The position numbers and the translations under genes are program-made. The notes beneath the pieces were generated by a model. The model worked only from the letters and a program-made list of their open reading frames with translations, was not told where the DNA came from and did not search any database. From assembly GCF_008831285.2 (NCBI RefSeq), contig NC_045138.2, positions 18,786,001 through 18,850,000 of the forward strand: a DNA stretch of 64,000 nt. Reading direction: 5' to 3'. This DNA comes from Nymphaea colorata (lineage: Eukaryota). Position 1 is the stretch's first letter. Each line of letters begins with the position of its first letter. Below are positions 1 to 14,524 of this stretch, piece by piece.

Positions 1-1944
1 GGACAGAGTTACCGAGTTCACCTGGTCAGTCACAGATTCACAAATCAAGAAGGGAGGAGTTGAGACCCAAGTCACTGGGTTTTGCAAATTTGATTGTTTT
101 GTTCATAGATCATACAAGGTATACTAACTTCCTAAAAACAATTGGTAAATTTCAATATCTATTTTGACTATGTAAAAGCCTAAACTAAAACTTCAATTAC
201 TAATCTATGGAAAACAAAAAAAGAAATCTTCAACATCTCACTATACAAAAAAAATGTCGTTATCCATTCATCATACGCATACACACACTTTCAATACCAA
301 ATCATATGCAACATTAAAAAATGAGGAAAAGAAACATCTGCATAAAAATAGAAGCACTACTTAATAAGATAGTCGATAGAAGAAGAAAAAAAACCAAAGA
401 AAAAGCCAGTCTCAAATAGCAAAGGAAGAAAAAGAAGATGGAAGGAAAATATCTAGGTCATTTAAGAGAAAAAAATATATGTTGTTGAGTGCATAGGTGA
501 GTCTAGGTGGCCTAAACATTCGTGAATGGCAGGCTGCACAGGAATAACTGGCCTAGATAATCCTACAGGGCTAGGTGAGCCTAGAGGCAAGCCTAGGGAC
601 TATTCGAATAACAAAGGTGAGTACCAATTTGTAAGAACAGGCGTTATGGCAAGTAACCTTTCCCCAAACTTTTTGCTGCTTCACATCTTTGATTGCAGGA
701 CTTTAGCTTTTGCAACCTAGTACCATAAACATCTAGCAGAACCTACTTCAGAAGCTTTCTTTTACTTGGAGTTTCATATAATCATCTCTGAGGTTTGTTT
801 GCAGAACATACTGAAACTTCTTTTAGTAGGCTAACACTGGAAGCGTTAGAACAAGGAAGTAACCCCAGCTTTTCACATAACAGCCACACAGAATGCTCTT
901 TTTTCTTTTCTTGTCCAACCTTGTCTTGTTTGGATTGTAAGAGCCAGCAAAGATGAAACTTTCTTGAACTACATGGTGAACACAACTTTTAGAACATACA
1001 TTTTCTCGTGACTTATAGGCTTAGTTAAAAGTGCTACAAATGCCTAGGCGATGCTACACAACAGAAGAAATGGAGAAATAAACAAGGAGTAGGAAAAAGA
1101 AAAACAGGAAAGAGTCATGGAAAAACTCCATCTTGATCGGTATAATAAAAAAATATGAAGTTATGAACCAAGAAAGAAAATTAAGGTTAAAAATTGTAAA
1201 AGTGAGACTATTTGTTAGACTGCCTAGGTGCCTCATCCTAGGCGTTTACTCTACCACCCAGCACCTAGGGTATTTTTAGCTACAAAATTCACATAAAATA
1301 AAATATCTTCAAGATCTCTATGTTGCCATCCAAATGTCTGACACAAAAATATTTGCAATACTTTGACAGAAATTCCAAACTAGAACTCACAAAGTTAATG
1401 ATTGGATTAATAGTTTTGTTTTCTTCAAAGTCGATAATCAACTAAAACCACAGATATTCAACGCACCAGAAGCAACATACATTTCATACATTTCTTAAAC
1501 AGCAAATGGAAAGTTCCAGCATTGCTTCTTCAAATGATACGGGATGGGAATACCTCATGGAATCATAAAAGCCGTTCTTCAATCAAAAGAAGCTAACAGA
1601 TATTCCAAATTGGCAATTGAACCTGCAGCTTTTGAAATTGCACAAAAATAAGCAAATCATTATCTGCCTGCATACTGCAGGAATAACAAATGCTCCAAAT
1701 CCAAATAAGATAGTACCTAAGCACATTGATACCAGAAGGACCATCATTATGTTCAAGACAGTCACATGTCTATGAATCAAGCAGTAAGTCACGGATTGTA
1801 AAATGAGATTCAAGCCTACTGGAACCCCTATTAAGCAGTACAATTTGCAGTAATCTGTGGGCAGCAAGGCCGTCTAGCAACTAAGAATACATAAAGTTCC
1901 ATCTACGGGTCTATCTTTATCCACCAATGAAGAGGAGTTATCTC

Positions 1945-4077
1945 TCAATGAGCATAAACAGTCTCATTGCGCCTTGGCGGTCTATCAGGTATTGTTCCTG
2001 GCTTAAACTTCGAAGCCTCATGTCTTGCAAGCTCTGGTGGAACAGGACTGTTGCTTTGAATAAGCATCTGTTTCAAGTCATAGAACACTTCACTATCACC
2101 GAAAGTGAGGAAAGTGGTCGCCACCCCTGTCTTCCCTGCACGCCCTGTCCGACCAATCCTGTGGGTATACATTTCAATATTGTTTGGCATATCATAGTTG
2201 ATCACGTGGGCAACATCCGGAATATCTATACCACGACCAGCGACATCCGTCGCCACCAATACGGTGAACCTCTTGTTTCTAAATCCCTCCAGACTGATCT
2301 CTCTTTGCTCCTGCGTCTTCCCTCCATGCAATGTTGTCACCCTGTAACCCACTTTATCGAGATGTTTAGCGAGTGTATCGGCAGCTTTCTTTGTGTTGAT
2401 GAAGACAATTGCCGTCTTGTCTCCCAATTCCTCAAGAAGCCTTTGCAACCTTGACATCTTCTCTGACTCCTTCAGCATAATCACATGCTGAGTAATCAAT
2501 TCCGTTGCTTTTCCGGCCGTCCCAATTGTCACCACCACTGGATTCCTCAGGTACTTCCTTGCCAGCCGCTCTACTGCAGGCGGCATTGTGGCGCTAAACA
2601 TATATGTGGTCCTGTATATCTTCTTCTCGTCGAGTTCCTCATCTTCATTCTCCGGCTTCAAATTGCTGGATGGCATTGCATCAAGAACACCAACCACCTG
2701 CGGCTCGAAACCCATATCGATCATTCTATCAGCTTCATCAAGCACAACATAGTTACACTGATTCAGCACAGCATATCGCCTCTCCAAACAATCAAGAAGC
2801 CGACCCGGAGTGGCAATCACCACCTCGCACCCCTGGCGCAACTTGAATCCCTGTTCCTCAATCGATTGCCCACCAACGACCGACACCACCCTAATGTCCA
2901 AATAATGTGCAAATTTCACCGTCTCGTCCTCAATTTGCTGCGCAAGCTCTCTGGTGGGCGCCATAACCACAGCATAAGGACCCTCGGCTTCGTTTTCCTC
3001 AGTCATCGGTGGGAGACGAGAGATGTAGGTCAGCATGGGAAGCACAAAAGCGGCAGTCTTGCCGGACCCAGTTTCGGCAATACCTATCACATCACGCTGC
3101 TGCAAACCCAAAGGAATCGCGGCCATCTGAATAGGGGAGGGGGATTTGTAACCCGCCTTCTGGACGGCGCGGAGGAGCTCGGCGCTCAGGTTCCCTTCCT
3201 CCCAATTCCTCATAGGGCGGGGAATCCGCGACCCCTTGTAGGAGATGTTGAAGTCTTCACGGAAGATCCTCCAATCCCTCTCGGTCATCTCCTCGAGCTT
3301 CTTCTCCGACCAGTGGCGGTCAACCCTCATGTCGAAGGTGTCGTACAGGTTGGCCGCGGCTTCCTTCTTCCGCTGCGCGGCCGCATCCTCGGGCTTCTCC
3401 TCCACCCCTTCCTTCTTCCGGATCTCCTCCCGAAGCTCCTTCTCATTCTTCGCGGCGAGCTTCTTCTGCTCCCGCCGGTCCATCCCGGCGCGGAACCCCC
3501 GACCGAAGAGGAGCTGTGCTTCATGGGGGTTCTGGTACAATGCGTTCATGTCTCTCGATGTGTCCTCCGAGTTCTCCCAATCGAACGAGAACCGGAACTT
3601 CTCGCTCGGCTTGATGACGCGCTTCTTCGGCTTCTTGGAGCCGAGGTACTGCTCCTTGATGGCATCGAGCTCCTTCTCCTTCTCCCTCTCTGAGAGCTTT
3701 TCCTGCCGCACTCGGTCCCGCGCCTTCGCATCCTCGTCGCGGCTCCTGCGATCGAGCTCCCGGTCCCGGTCGCGTTCACGCTCGCGTTCGCGATCCCGGT
3801 CCCGGTCCCGGTCCCGGTCCCTGTCCCTATCGCGGGAAGAGCGGTGGCGATCAGAAGAGTCATTGGCGGTGGTGGTGGTAGTGGTGGCGGCTGCAAAAGA
3901 GGCGGAGGCTTCGTTGAACGGCTTGACGGCGAGGCTCCGAGCTTCTTCCAGGCGGCGGCGCTGCTCGGCAGCTTCCCCCTGGCGGCGCTGGAGTGCTAGT
4001 TGCTCCCTCTGGGCCTTGGTGAGGAAGACGGGCTTCTTCGACGGATCGACGCCATCCCCCTCTAGCGCTCTCTTCAT
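1945..4077 (-). CDS. PRP28: DEAD-box ATP-dependent RNA helicase 21-like (PRP28/DDX23 U5 snRNP helicase), intronless, 710 aa
   Basis: Single ORF with Q motif (PSPIQ), [36 protein letters not shown] and [10 protein letters not shown]. It also has the PRP28-type N-terminal RD/RE-rich region and the [15 protein letters not shown] and [23 protein letters not shown] segments. Confidence 0.96.
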   Translation of the reverse strand: MKRALEGDGVDPSKKPVFLTKAQREQLALQRRQGEAAEQRRRLEEARSLAVKPFNEASASFAAATTTTTTANDSSDRHRSSRDRDRDRDRDRDRDRERERERDRDRELDRRSRDEDAKARDRVRQEKLSEREKEKELDAIKEQYLGSKKPKKRVIKPSEKFRFSFDWENSEDTSRDMNALYQNPHEAQLLFGRGFRAGMDRREQKKLAAKNEKELREEIRKKEGVEEKPEDAAAQRKKEAAANLYDTFDMRVDRHWSEKKLEEMTERDWRIFREDFNISYKGSRIPRPMRNWEEGNLSAELLRAVQKAGYKSPSPIQMAAIPLGLQQRDVIGIAETGSGKTAAFVLPMLTYISRLPPMTEENEAEGPYAVVMAPTRELAQQIEDETVKFAHYLDIRVVSVVGGQSIEEQGFKLRQGCEVVIATPGRLLDCLERRYAVLNQCNYVVLDEADRMIDMGFEPQVVGVLDAMPSSNLKPENEDEELDEKKIYRTTYMFSATMPPAVERLARKYLRNPVVVTIGTAGKATELITQHVIMLKESEKMSRLQRLLEELGDKTAIVFINTKKAADTLAKHLDKVGYRVTTLHGGKTQEQREISLEGFRNKRFTVLVATDVAGRGIDIPDVAHVINYDMPNNIEMYTHRIGRTGRAGKTGVATTFLTFGDSEVFYDLKQMLIQSNSPVPPELARHEASKFKPGTIPDRPPRRNETVYAH

Positions 4078-6053
4078 CCTTCCCCCTCTCTCGGTTGGCC
4101 TCTCGGCTCTCAGAATCCTACTTGGGGTTTTCGGTACATCAGAAAGGGCGTTGTCGGATTATCAGGATTTAGTGGGACTCTCAAAGTTTCTAGTTTTCAT
4201 CCCCAAAAAACCTCACACGTGACAGCCTCGATCATCCAAGAGTTAAGTCGGTCATATTTTAACCGTCAAGATCACCGGCATTTTTCCTCTTCACTTTCAC
4301 AAAAGGGTCGAGGAATTTTGCACATAGCCTGCTTTCTTGTATGCGTTTGATGTTTCACTACTTGTTTTTTATCATTCTTTTTTTGCCGTGTTTACATTGA
4401 TACAAGCAAAAGAACTGTACAATAGACATCATAAAATACCGGTTCTTTAAGAACAACCACCCTGCAGCTTGAGTCTGATATAGACATTTCTAAATCATTC
4501 TGAATTAGATCCGTTTTATCTTAACAGTGGTATATAAATATATATATGAGCTCTTAATTGGGAAATTGATTAAAAGGATCATTGATGACGGTTCCCTAGG
4601 TATGTATAAGGAGTGGCTTAGGCCATTCTTTTCCCTTTTATACTATAAGAAATTTCATTTGTTGTCAGACAAATTTTCACTCATATATATAACAAAGTTC
4701 TCTTCAAGTAATAAATCTCTTTCAGCTTAAATAAGGCAAAATTTTTTGCCTATGGGAAAAAAAATCGCCTTCAAAATGTACATCTGGAGAAAATTTCTGT
4801 GTTTTATTTGGCTTTTATTTTTTCTTCTAAACTTGTACTGAAACACCACCTAGAATTGGTGGATATATAAGGGAAGAGAGGAGACCTAAAAAGCTAGGTA
4901 CAATCGTAACTCGTTATAACATTGTTTATTACATGAAAATTGCAATAAATTGATACGAACTTTTAATACAATAACCTGACTTGGCGGATTCTAACCTGTA
5001 CGGAAAAAAGGGTTAAGAATCATGACCATCAATTACTTAACAATGTTTTTTATAAGTCCATCAAGATTTTGGAGTCTTAAATAGTCTTAGATACAAGGCT
5101 GAACTTTTGGGATATTATAATTTATCCTTTTAAGGTACACTTGTTCCGCAATAATTTAACTAACAGATCCTAACCTCATCCTTAGCAGTTTCAGTTGCAA
5201 CATTTGTTATGAATTATGATAATTAATTATTTAACAAGTTCTTCAATATATTCCTCATAATTTTAGATACAAGAGTAAACTTTTACCGCGTCATGAACCA
5301 ATATTAAGTAGCCTTGTTACCATTAATGGTAACAAGGCTGGACTGTTTAAGTCAAGGTCATGTCAACTCAAGATGGGCCAATTTTTGAGTTAGTTCCTTG
5401 CAACTCAAAATCTGGCAAAATATTTTGTATAGGACAGATTTTGATAGAATTCACTGGAGCCTAGCCATTTGGCAATTGAAGATTTGTTAAAAAAATGAGA
5501 GTAACCATAGAATGGCCTTTCGATGAAGGCCACTATCGTCCTTAGGATTGATAGTGCGTCAAGGGCATATATGTATACTTTTGATGGCAATGAATAGTCA
5601 CAAGATATTTATTTCAGAGTTCTTTTTCAAATGCATTAGAGTAACTATACCCTGACTTTTTTCCTTTCATTGCTGATCATAGTTACAATTTTGATACTGT
5701 AATTGCTCCCCGACTCTCTCCACCAGGCCAGTGTATTGGACTTGAGACCTTCAAGTCGAGGACAAAGGTTCAGTCGCCCAGCTTGCCAAAATGTTGCAGA
5801 GGGTTGCCTACCCTACCCGCAGCATGTTATCCAAATAAAAGTAAAAATGAATAATTGGCACAAAAGTTCATCAATTGTAAAAATATGCACGTCTTTAACT
5901 TCCATACAATGCAATCGAGTTGGTTCACGTGCATCATCAACCGCAAAGATGATCTGTCCTACAATACTGTCGAACCCAGTATCACTATAACGAAAATGGG
6001 GTGAAATTGGGAAATACTAATATTCTATGGAAATAAAAAATGACAAACAAAAC

Positions 6054-9000
6054 TTAAGCAGCAGCAACACCAGCATCTTTGATGGTCTCACGCCAGGCAT
6101 ACTCCCTTGCTCCATCTTTATCCACAATCTTGATCACAAAATTAGGTGGGGCGACAACCAGTCTCGACCAAATCTCCATTATGCACTTGTCTATGAGGTC
6201 AACAGCCTCCTCCACGGACATGCCACTGTGATAGTGTCTGTCCATCATTGACAGGCAGAAATAGGAACCGTAACCAAATGCACCTTTCTGGATCTTGTGG
6301 AGAGTGGCAATGTAGTCGATATAATACAGAGATGGGCCAGTTTCTTTGTCATATCCAGCAAGAAGAATATTTACGAAGTATGGATTCTAACCAACGAAAA
6401 AAGTAGAAGACACTAGTGAGAAGTGAATATAAAAGTTATATTCATAATTCTAACTATCACAATGATAATACAGAATTACAAGCACAAATGTCACAAATCA
6501 GCAGGCAAACATTCTACAGGCTACAGCATTTCTGAAAGAAAGAAAAGCCGCTGACTCCTCCAGCCCCTTTTCTGCTTTACGGGTGAAATTGCTTAGAGTT
6601 ACACAGGCTCACCAAACATGCCATTACAAAAATACAAGGAAACTTCATTTCTGATGAAATTGATGTGATGCAAAAGAAAGAAGGGCAAAAAGGGTCAGGA
6701 GACAAGCTTACAAAGATAGTCACATGCATGAAGTACACCAAATAAAACTGGTACGTAAGAGACACATGGTAGCCAAAAACACAAAAGAAAATGAAAAGCA
6801 AAAAAAAAAATGTACAGCAAGTTTTTCCAAGTTAGTAACATGAGATGAATATCCATTAACACTCTACTAGATGAAAAAGTAACCAGCCCAACCAGTGAAT
6901 GAAGCTAAGCTTCCAGACTATTTGAACTGCAAAGGTGAGGACTTTGCTTAGGTGCACGAAATCACTGCCCCACTAAAGAAAAGATTAGTCAGTTTTATGA
7001 GCAACAGAACTTAACAGACTTGGTATAAACTGTAAATCCACATGCAATCAATTGATCTATCCAACCTCCATGCTGAACATTAAGCATGCTGGCATCACAT
7101 TCCAGTCAAGAGCTTATATACAGTCCAAGACTTGGAGTATGGTTTAGAAAATCTTCGACAAGGCCCTCTAAGAGATGTCTACTACTTCAACAACATCAAA
7201 GCCAACACAAATCAGACTCTTCTGAAGATCAAAATGGTTGTGTGCTCTATCTTATGACTGGAGATTTTGTCAGGGAATGCATTCTGGCATCATTGTTCAG
7301 AGAAGCTGGGGAATCTCCAGTATCAATAGTCATTGTGCAGACATCAAAGAGGAATTTGTGGACTTTAGAGTGCCACTACAGATGTGATATGCCCGTTCCT
7401 CATAAGAAGATTAATACTTTGAAATACCAAGCAAAAACCATAGTGAATATCTCAACTATCAGACACAACATGAAGATATAAGAATAGCATTTATTGATGC
7501 CCATTGGTATCTAAAATAACTTATAGCAGACAAGGTAAAACTTTAATATATATAAGGACAATGCTAGTAATACAAATATATGCCACAGTGTTTTCTTCAT
7601 TGACAATACCACTAAGAATTATGTTCCAGTGTTAAAACTATTTGCAAAAAATGCACGATCTTAATTGTAGACAATTAGGATGAGATAAATTTCAACATCT
7701 TCCACTTTACTTACTAGCATCCCTACATCCTTCTCAGATCAGCCATTGTAGATAGTAGATACCATAACCATCCTTAACACCTAATCGGTTAATCCTTAGT
7801 CTCATAGCGGTTAAGTCCGTGTAGCTATGACTTCGAAAGGTGTAACACCCTGGCTGATGAGATATCTATAAAGGCCCACATAAACAATATTGGGCATCAA
7901 AAGCACACTGCAGGAAATTCAGATAGCATGGCAATTTGTTGTATGAAATCTCTTGCTAGTTGCTATTGCCCCTTAGACAAATGATTCATTATATAAATCA
8001 GTCCCCAGGAATCATTATCATTGATAAGGAATAATAGACTTCCTATCTACAACGGTAAAATCAAATACCAATCAGAAATTGGCGACACAAACTGCCCGTG
8101 CTCAAAACATGGAAACACACCAGGACGTAAACAAGATGATCAAAATATTATTAACTCATCCTAGTGTTGAAAAGCTAATTATTAATAAACTCTCCTGTTT
8201 CCAAGGACGAACCCAAAAAACCTGAAAGAAGATCAAGACAGTACCTCACCGAACAAGAGGATAGTAATTTGCACGAGGTTCAGGAAACTAATCTGTCACG
8301 CCTAACTAAATAAAACTTAAGGACATTAACTTCAAATATATTTTACAAATGAGCGCACTCTCGCTTCCTGTTTCTTCAATGATATCGAAATTAACACAAA
8401 AGGAAAACCAGGACCATTACATTGTCAAAAGAGACCCAAGAAAACCACTATCATCTTTACAATGTCGAAATTGATAAAATAAGAATCCTTCAAGATCGCA
8501 CTTTGTGACCGACAAAAACTAACAATGATGAGAAAAGAAGTTTCTATTTACAATTTTTGTTCAAATTACGTTTACAATGTCGAAATTGATAAAATAATAA
8601 ACCCTCAAGATTGCACTTTGTGAATGAGAGAAGAAGTTTCTATTTACAGTTTTTGTTCGAATCTAAAAGAAATTTCATCCACCTAGATTATCAAGTCAGC
8701 AACAGATAGAAAGGAAGGGCAGAATAGACGGATTTGAAAAACCTTCAAATGAAAATAAGCTGAGTAGGGCATTAAAACGCCAAAAGTAAAATACCTTTCT
8801 CAGTGCAGTAGCGAGCTCGCCTCGGGTGAAATTTGCTGCTGCTGCAGTAGTTAGAGGGATCCCGTTGCGGAATTGGTAGAGATGGACGTTCTTCTGGATG
8901 TATTCCGTAAATTGAACCCTAAAATTGATACCCACGTTCGATGAACAAACAGAAGTAAGTCCACAAACTAGCACCAGATTTACTCTTTCTCAAGAACAAA

Positions 9001-9345
9001 AAGTTAAAATGAACTCAAAATCAGCAACCCAAAAACCTAAAATCCAAAAATGTCCTCAATAAGCAAGAATGCCCAAATACATGAAAATGTATAGAACTCA
9101 CCCAACTTCGTTCATGATCATCCGAAGAAATCCCTCAAACCCAAAAGGCCAAAAAACATAACCAACACACACATACACACACAGATAGAAAGAGACATGT
9201 CGCCGCTAGCGCCCATGAGTTTGTGGGAATCGAGAATCATGATCTTGTCCTCGTTTGACTTGTGTACCAGTATGCTGTTCACCGCCGAAGTGTCGGCGGC
9301 AATGACCGCGAACCCATCGCCCACCAGCCCAAACACACACTCCAT
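6054..9345 (-). CDS. PBD1: 20S proteasome subunit beta type-2 (beta4/PBD-like), 3 exons, ~201 aa, with an apparent 3-aa deletion
   Basis: Exons 9345-9197 ([10 protein letters not shown]...HKLMGASGD), 8918-8795 ([10 protein letters not shown]...ELATALRK) and 6386-6054 ([21 protein letters not shown]...DAGVAAA*). GT-AG introns with compatible phases (2, 0). Confidence 0.9.
8455..8662. repeat. Imperfect tandem duplication (~115 bp and ~90 bp units) in PBD intron 2
   Basis: tttacaatgtcgaaattgataaaataa...gcactttgtga...agaagtttctatttaca occurs at ~8456 and again at 8571. Confidence 0.8.
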
Positions 9346-10270
9346 TTTCCCCTTCCCTTCTTTTCTCTCTCGCTCTCTGTCCCTCTCTCTCCGCGCAGAG
9401 TCTTGGCCTCTGTGATTTATATCGAAAGCTCTTTTGCTTCCTGTCTTGGTGAAGAAGAAAGATGTGGATTGATCTTGTGGGAGTTGTTGGGCTTCTGTAT
9501 CATACAAGTCGTTTTTTGTTTAAATCCAACAGTTATCTAGATCCCTCTGCTTGGTATTCTTAAAACATGGGTCGGACTTACAGTTTCAGGTGCTGTTTTT
9601 TCGAAGGGAAATTGTAGAATTTTAGAATTAAAATTTGTACTTATAATGAAATGAAAATTACCTTATCAACAAAAGAATTTTGATTATGAAATTATACGTT
9701 TTTTTTAAAACAAAATTTCAGAAGAGTGATTCATTCTATTTTAGAGGGTGGAATTATGATGATAGAATTTTAAAATTTTTAAGAACACATGTCACGATGG
9801 TTTAAATTGTCAATCATAAAATTTTAATTTCTTGTTTTATCAAACACATTACACAAAAGAAAATTAAAACTGAAATTTTCATTTTAATTGACGAGGAGTT
9901 CACAAATTTTAATCAGCATATATTTGAATGGCAGGAGTTGTGTCTGAACAGAAGGTGAATGATCACTTCTATGTTCATTCCCCTTTCCATCGAGAGAAAT
10001 ATCTAATTTATTTTTGTTTTTGTTTATATGTTGATTTTAAGTCTCACAAAGTAGAGAGAGAAAGAAAAGAGTGAATATTTTTATTTGTTTATATTTTCAA
10101 TATGTTTTGAGAAATATTTTTCTTCATTATAAAGGGAAAAATGTTTTTTTAATTCATGCTTTTTTTCATATGTTTTATCATGTATTTTAAAAAGAGATAA
10201 AACAGAGGAGAGAGAGATATAAAGAGACTTTTAGAAAAGTATCTAAACAAGATTATTCAAATGATAGTTT

Positions 10271-10655
10271 AAGAATTGGATTATCCACATGCAACCGGGT
10301 TACTATCCTCTTGCTCTCTCTTTATTTCTATTTTTTGCCAAACGATCTAATTAACTACTTTTAAAAACTTGGTGAAACATGAAAAACCGTTCTCTACTTG
10401 TTTACATGTGCTTGTTTATATACTCAAAGTTGTTCTGTTCTTGCGGATGCCTTCTTTTGATACACGAAAGAAGACGTCTTTTTTGCTTACATACTGGACA
10501 CAATGCATCGGGGATACGCCTGTTGGTACTTCTACACCGGGCGTTTGGGAGCGAAGGTAGAGGTGTTGACGACCGCCAACTTTTTGTAAATGCAGGAAAA
10601 AGTCCATAACCACCTGTTCCCATTGCTCTACTTCAAATTTATACCATAAACGGTT
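10271..10655. repeat. Dispersed repeat; inverted homolog of 47757-48112 (interior of the hAT-like element)
   Basis: aagaattggattat..catgcaaccgggttactatcctcttgctctc...tttataccat(a/g)aacgg matches the reverse complement of 47757-48112. The ORF-track peptides 10369 and 47934 share VKHEKPFST. Confidence 0.8.
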
Positions 10656-13409
10656 CAATTCTTCTAAAAAGAAATACATAAATCTTAAATAGTTTTTCAT
10701 GTCTACATTTACCAAAAAGATTATCCTCTTCAAAAGATTGAGCATCAAAATGAAATATCACATCAAAAAATCCTTAGATAGCCTCAAAAACCGATGTTTA
10801 GATACATTAATTAAGTTACAATAAGTTTCAAGTTTTACTTCATTGCATTGGAGAACTTGAATCACTCGTTGAGCTTCTCACAACACCAATAATGGTTTCA
10901 CAACACGTTTGATTATTTGTACAAATGCACATCCACAAGCACATGCACGAAAATGAGCATGGTATTGAATACTTAAATTCGTTCTAAATTGTGCACTTGA
11001 TACCTAATAAAGGATGAAAGCCATTTAACGTTACAAACACAGTCGCCTCATCTTAGACTGAATAAGACCTAAATCCTGGTAAGAGCTTTACCTTAGAAAG
11101 ACTGTATGTTGCTTAAGAAATGCCTTCTCAGTCTGCAAAAATTTCAGGAACAACAATCAATATGCTGACACTTACTGGAAAGAAATTATTTGTAAACGAC
11201 GCTTGAGAAAATAAAGACATATATACGTGGGGAGGAAAAGAGGCAGAGGCCCAAAAGAGGCAGGCCATGTGGCAGTGAGCCTGTGAAGATGTGGTCACGA
11301 CAGTTTAAAAGAAAGAGAGACAAAGAGACTGCGCATGAACGAGAGGGGAAATACCAATGGCAGTTAAGAATCGGCAGAGATGGATGACGGGATGTCGGTG
11401 GGCTGGTAGCTAGATGCTGGATGTCGGATGGTGGAATCATGGAGCTGAAGGACGGTGGAGCTGTCATGCTGCTGTGCGGCGCAGCGGCGCTTGCGATGAC
11501 TGGTGAGGATGGTCGACAGAGGAGAGAGAGAGAGAGAAAAGTCAAAGAATCGAAACTCGAAAGGAAAACGCCGGGTGAACACCGAACGCTCAATGTAAAA
11601 CTTTTTACCCAAACCGGTGAATCGGTTTGAATAACTTGGTGTAGTGCCTTATTTCAAATGCATAAACGAGTTGAATTTCTAAAACTCGAATTCGATTCGT
11701 TTATTTTTTCTCGTATCGTTGTTGCAAGCTCGCACTTGATTCGTTTATTTTTTCGAGTATCATTGTAAGCTTAAACTCGACTCGTTTATAAATGAGTTGA
11801 GCTTGACTCTAGTTTTTTTAGCGAATTTGAGAACCCAAGTTGGCTTGACTCCTTGTGCTTACTGAACAAAAAAATTGATCGTAGCCAGCTGTGAACTAAG
11901 TCATTACAGCCAACCCACATAATATGTGCTCGTTGAGGTTGGTTTGGGAATGAAACCATCTACAAACCCAAACTTAACTTATTCTTCTCGTTAGAATTCA
12001 ATTACACATCTTCATGGCCTTCACCATGTTGAATAGATGCCACCACAATAATACACACGGCTGCCCTTAGGCGTTGATCGCAGGAATGGAAAAGAACAAC
12101 ATTATCATCACTCAATAAAAGTATATATATATATACACATACATACATACTTTACTTGATTGTTTTTGTTTGCATCAAATGCATACAAGACACAAAATCA
12201 TAACCCTGGGCACAAAATCTAAAGCACTAGTAAGAGACTTGATTATGACCTTCCAATAGGAGGTATCCTATAAATTTGACTCATCGAGCACATTATTCCA
12301 TTTTATTAATGAAATGACACACATTTAAAGAGATTGTTTTAGTGAATCTAATACTCAAAGACAAGAAAACACACACACCAGCACCACGGGTTATGTGCAC
12401 ACACTTGTGATCAAAAGGTGATTATGAAAAAGTTAAAAAAGTTTAAAATATACATTTTTTTTATAAAAAAATTCAATAACATGTGAAACCCCCAAACTCA
12501 TTTTTTTTCCTCCCTTTTTTGTGTGGGTTTCAACAAATTAATGACCCCAACAAAGTTTAAATATAATGCCTACGGAGCTGTAGTAGGGAAGGACAGTGTA
12601 TCAGTGTATGTATGTTGTTTGGCGATGGCGAGAAATATTGGGTGCTCCATTCATGAGTTTACTTTTTAGTGCTCAATCCTTGAGAATTTCATGCCGGCAT
12701 GTCGGCATCAATGAAAAAATCCTATAGCATTTCCGTGCGCCCAAAGAAAAAACTCCGAGCCCGACGAATGTGTGCAAAGAGTTATCCAAGACAAATGTAA
12801 ATCTATCAAAGACTGCAACTAAAAACTTGAAACCCCCCAGATATGAACATGACTTGCTGAGTACATTGTTTTGCTGATTTCACTCTTTATTATTTGCCCC
12901 ATACAACACAGAGCACCCACAAAAGCAATACTTGATGTCATCTCTACCGCTGGGTTCTGACAAATGGCTCCAACAAAAACTTGTATTCACAGTCGCATTC
13001 TGCCGCGCGACCTGATCTGCAAGTTACTTATACTCCGCCAGTTCAGGCGCCATTTTGCCGGTAGTAGGGGACAACAGTGTATACCGTCTGGAGGATGGTG
13101 AGAAATATGAGGAGCAGGATCACAATAACTCATTTTTTCTTTAACAGAAAACCAAAAGCGAACATGAATGACACGGTTTCAAGAATTATTTATAGAGACT
13201 GGAAAAGGGGCAAACCTTTGAATCTTTGATCTTAAAACTGTTGAAAAATATAAAATGATATTAATAGGAAGAAAAATTTAACATGGAACAATATTTTATT
13301 TGCCCATGGAAGCGCATGTCAATCTCTTGTAGATTGGCCATTACAGTCGGGATAGCTAGTTGTTTTAAGAAGAAGTTACAAGATATTCACTACAACCATG
13401 GAAGTCTTC

Positions 13410-13650
13410 ATGCATAATCCTTGCCAACGCAATGCCCTATTTTCTTTCATTCCCCATCAAACTGGAGGGGGTTCACTTAACTTAGTCCCAGTTTGTTGTC
13501 AAATCTTGTCAAAATGGATCGAGCCATTACTTTATTGAGGAAGCCAGCAATCTGTTCGTCGTCTGAAGGTCTTTATTGAAGCAGAAATCTGCTTCACCAA
13601 AAACCTACTACGAGAAGTTTAACGTAGAGCAATATTTTATTTATCCATAG
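13410..13650 (-). mobile_element. Degenerate Ty1/copia 3' remnant (end of RNase H plus polypurine-tract region)
   Basis: Minus strand reads QIAGFLNKVMARS...NKLGL, then tgatggggaatg. Homologous to 58945-59230 (+). Confidence 0.5.
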
Positions 13651-14434
13651 TTCCTTATTTTAAGGTATTTATTATAAGCATTAATAGCACAAAGATTCTT
13701 TTAATTGTACTTTGTTATTAAGAATTCCCGTAATTTTTTATGTAAAGCACACGAACCAGTACCTGATTCTTTCTCTTGGATTTCACTAATTATAAACCGG
13801 AGATAGTCTTTTGGATAGAATTATATCTCATAAAAAGGCGGTGGTAAAACTTCTGAGAAGTTACTATGCGATCAAGGCAATGAAAAGGCATGACAACTTA
13901 TCATCAAACAATTCTAATGAATTCATGTGTTTGTTACGCCCGATTTATTGTTCTCTGGTTCTGAGAATGCGTACCAAGGGTTTTCCCAGTACCTTGATGA
14001 AGATGTCATCCCCTAACTTCATTTTGTGGAGGTTTTTGGTTATAAAAAATGCTCTCCCTCCCTCTATCTCTTGTGGTATCTAGTCTCTAGTCCTTCCTTC
14101 TTCAGTAATACTGGTGGGCTTTCTACCTTCTTTAATCACATTTAATTGGAGCTTTCCTATTCGGGTCTATTTTTTTGCGATAGTAAGGCAGTTCTATATT
14201 ATTGTAAGCAGGAGAAAAATGGAGAAGAGCGTGGAGGGTTTCCAACGCATATTCAGAAAATTCAGCCCGATTTGGGCAAGTCAGAGCGCTGTGCTGACTG
14301 ATGGTTACGGTATTCTTTCGCATTGTGGTTGCAATCTGATAGATTTTCAATCTTCTCTGTCACTGGCCAAAAAAGTACGACCTTGCTGGTGCTGATTTTG
14401 GTTCCCTGGTATTCGTTGGACGCCGTCTTTACGA

Positions 14435-14435
<1 letters not shown>

Positions 14436-14473
<38 letters not shown>

Positions 14474-14484
14474 GATATATATAT

Positions 14485-14524
<40 letters not shown>

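Noticed and set aside
490..1285. Clusters of cctagg(cg) motifs suggesting decayed MITEs
   Set aside because: Termini and TSDs too degraded to define an element.
1927..4222. Long plus-strand ORFs (175, 402 and 325 aa) and a frame-shifted GTGTGT-rich ORF overlapping PRP28
   Set aside because: Antisense or alternate-frame shadows of a GC-rich conserved CDS. The RSRSRS and GTGTGT runs come from the (GGTCCC)n RD-repeat.
7826..7866. CGAAA...CTGATGA resembling a hammerhead ribozyme core
   Set aside because: The hairpin after GAAA lacks the required U-H cleavage site, there is no room for stem I, and stem II pairing is not evident.
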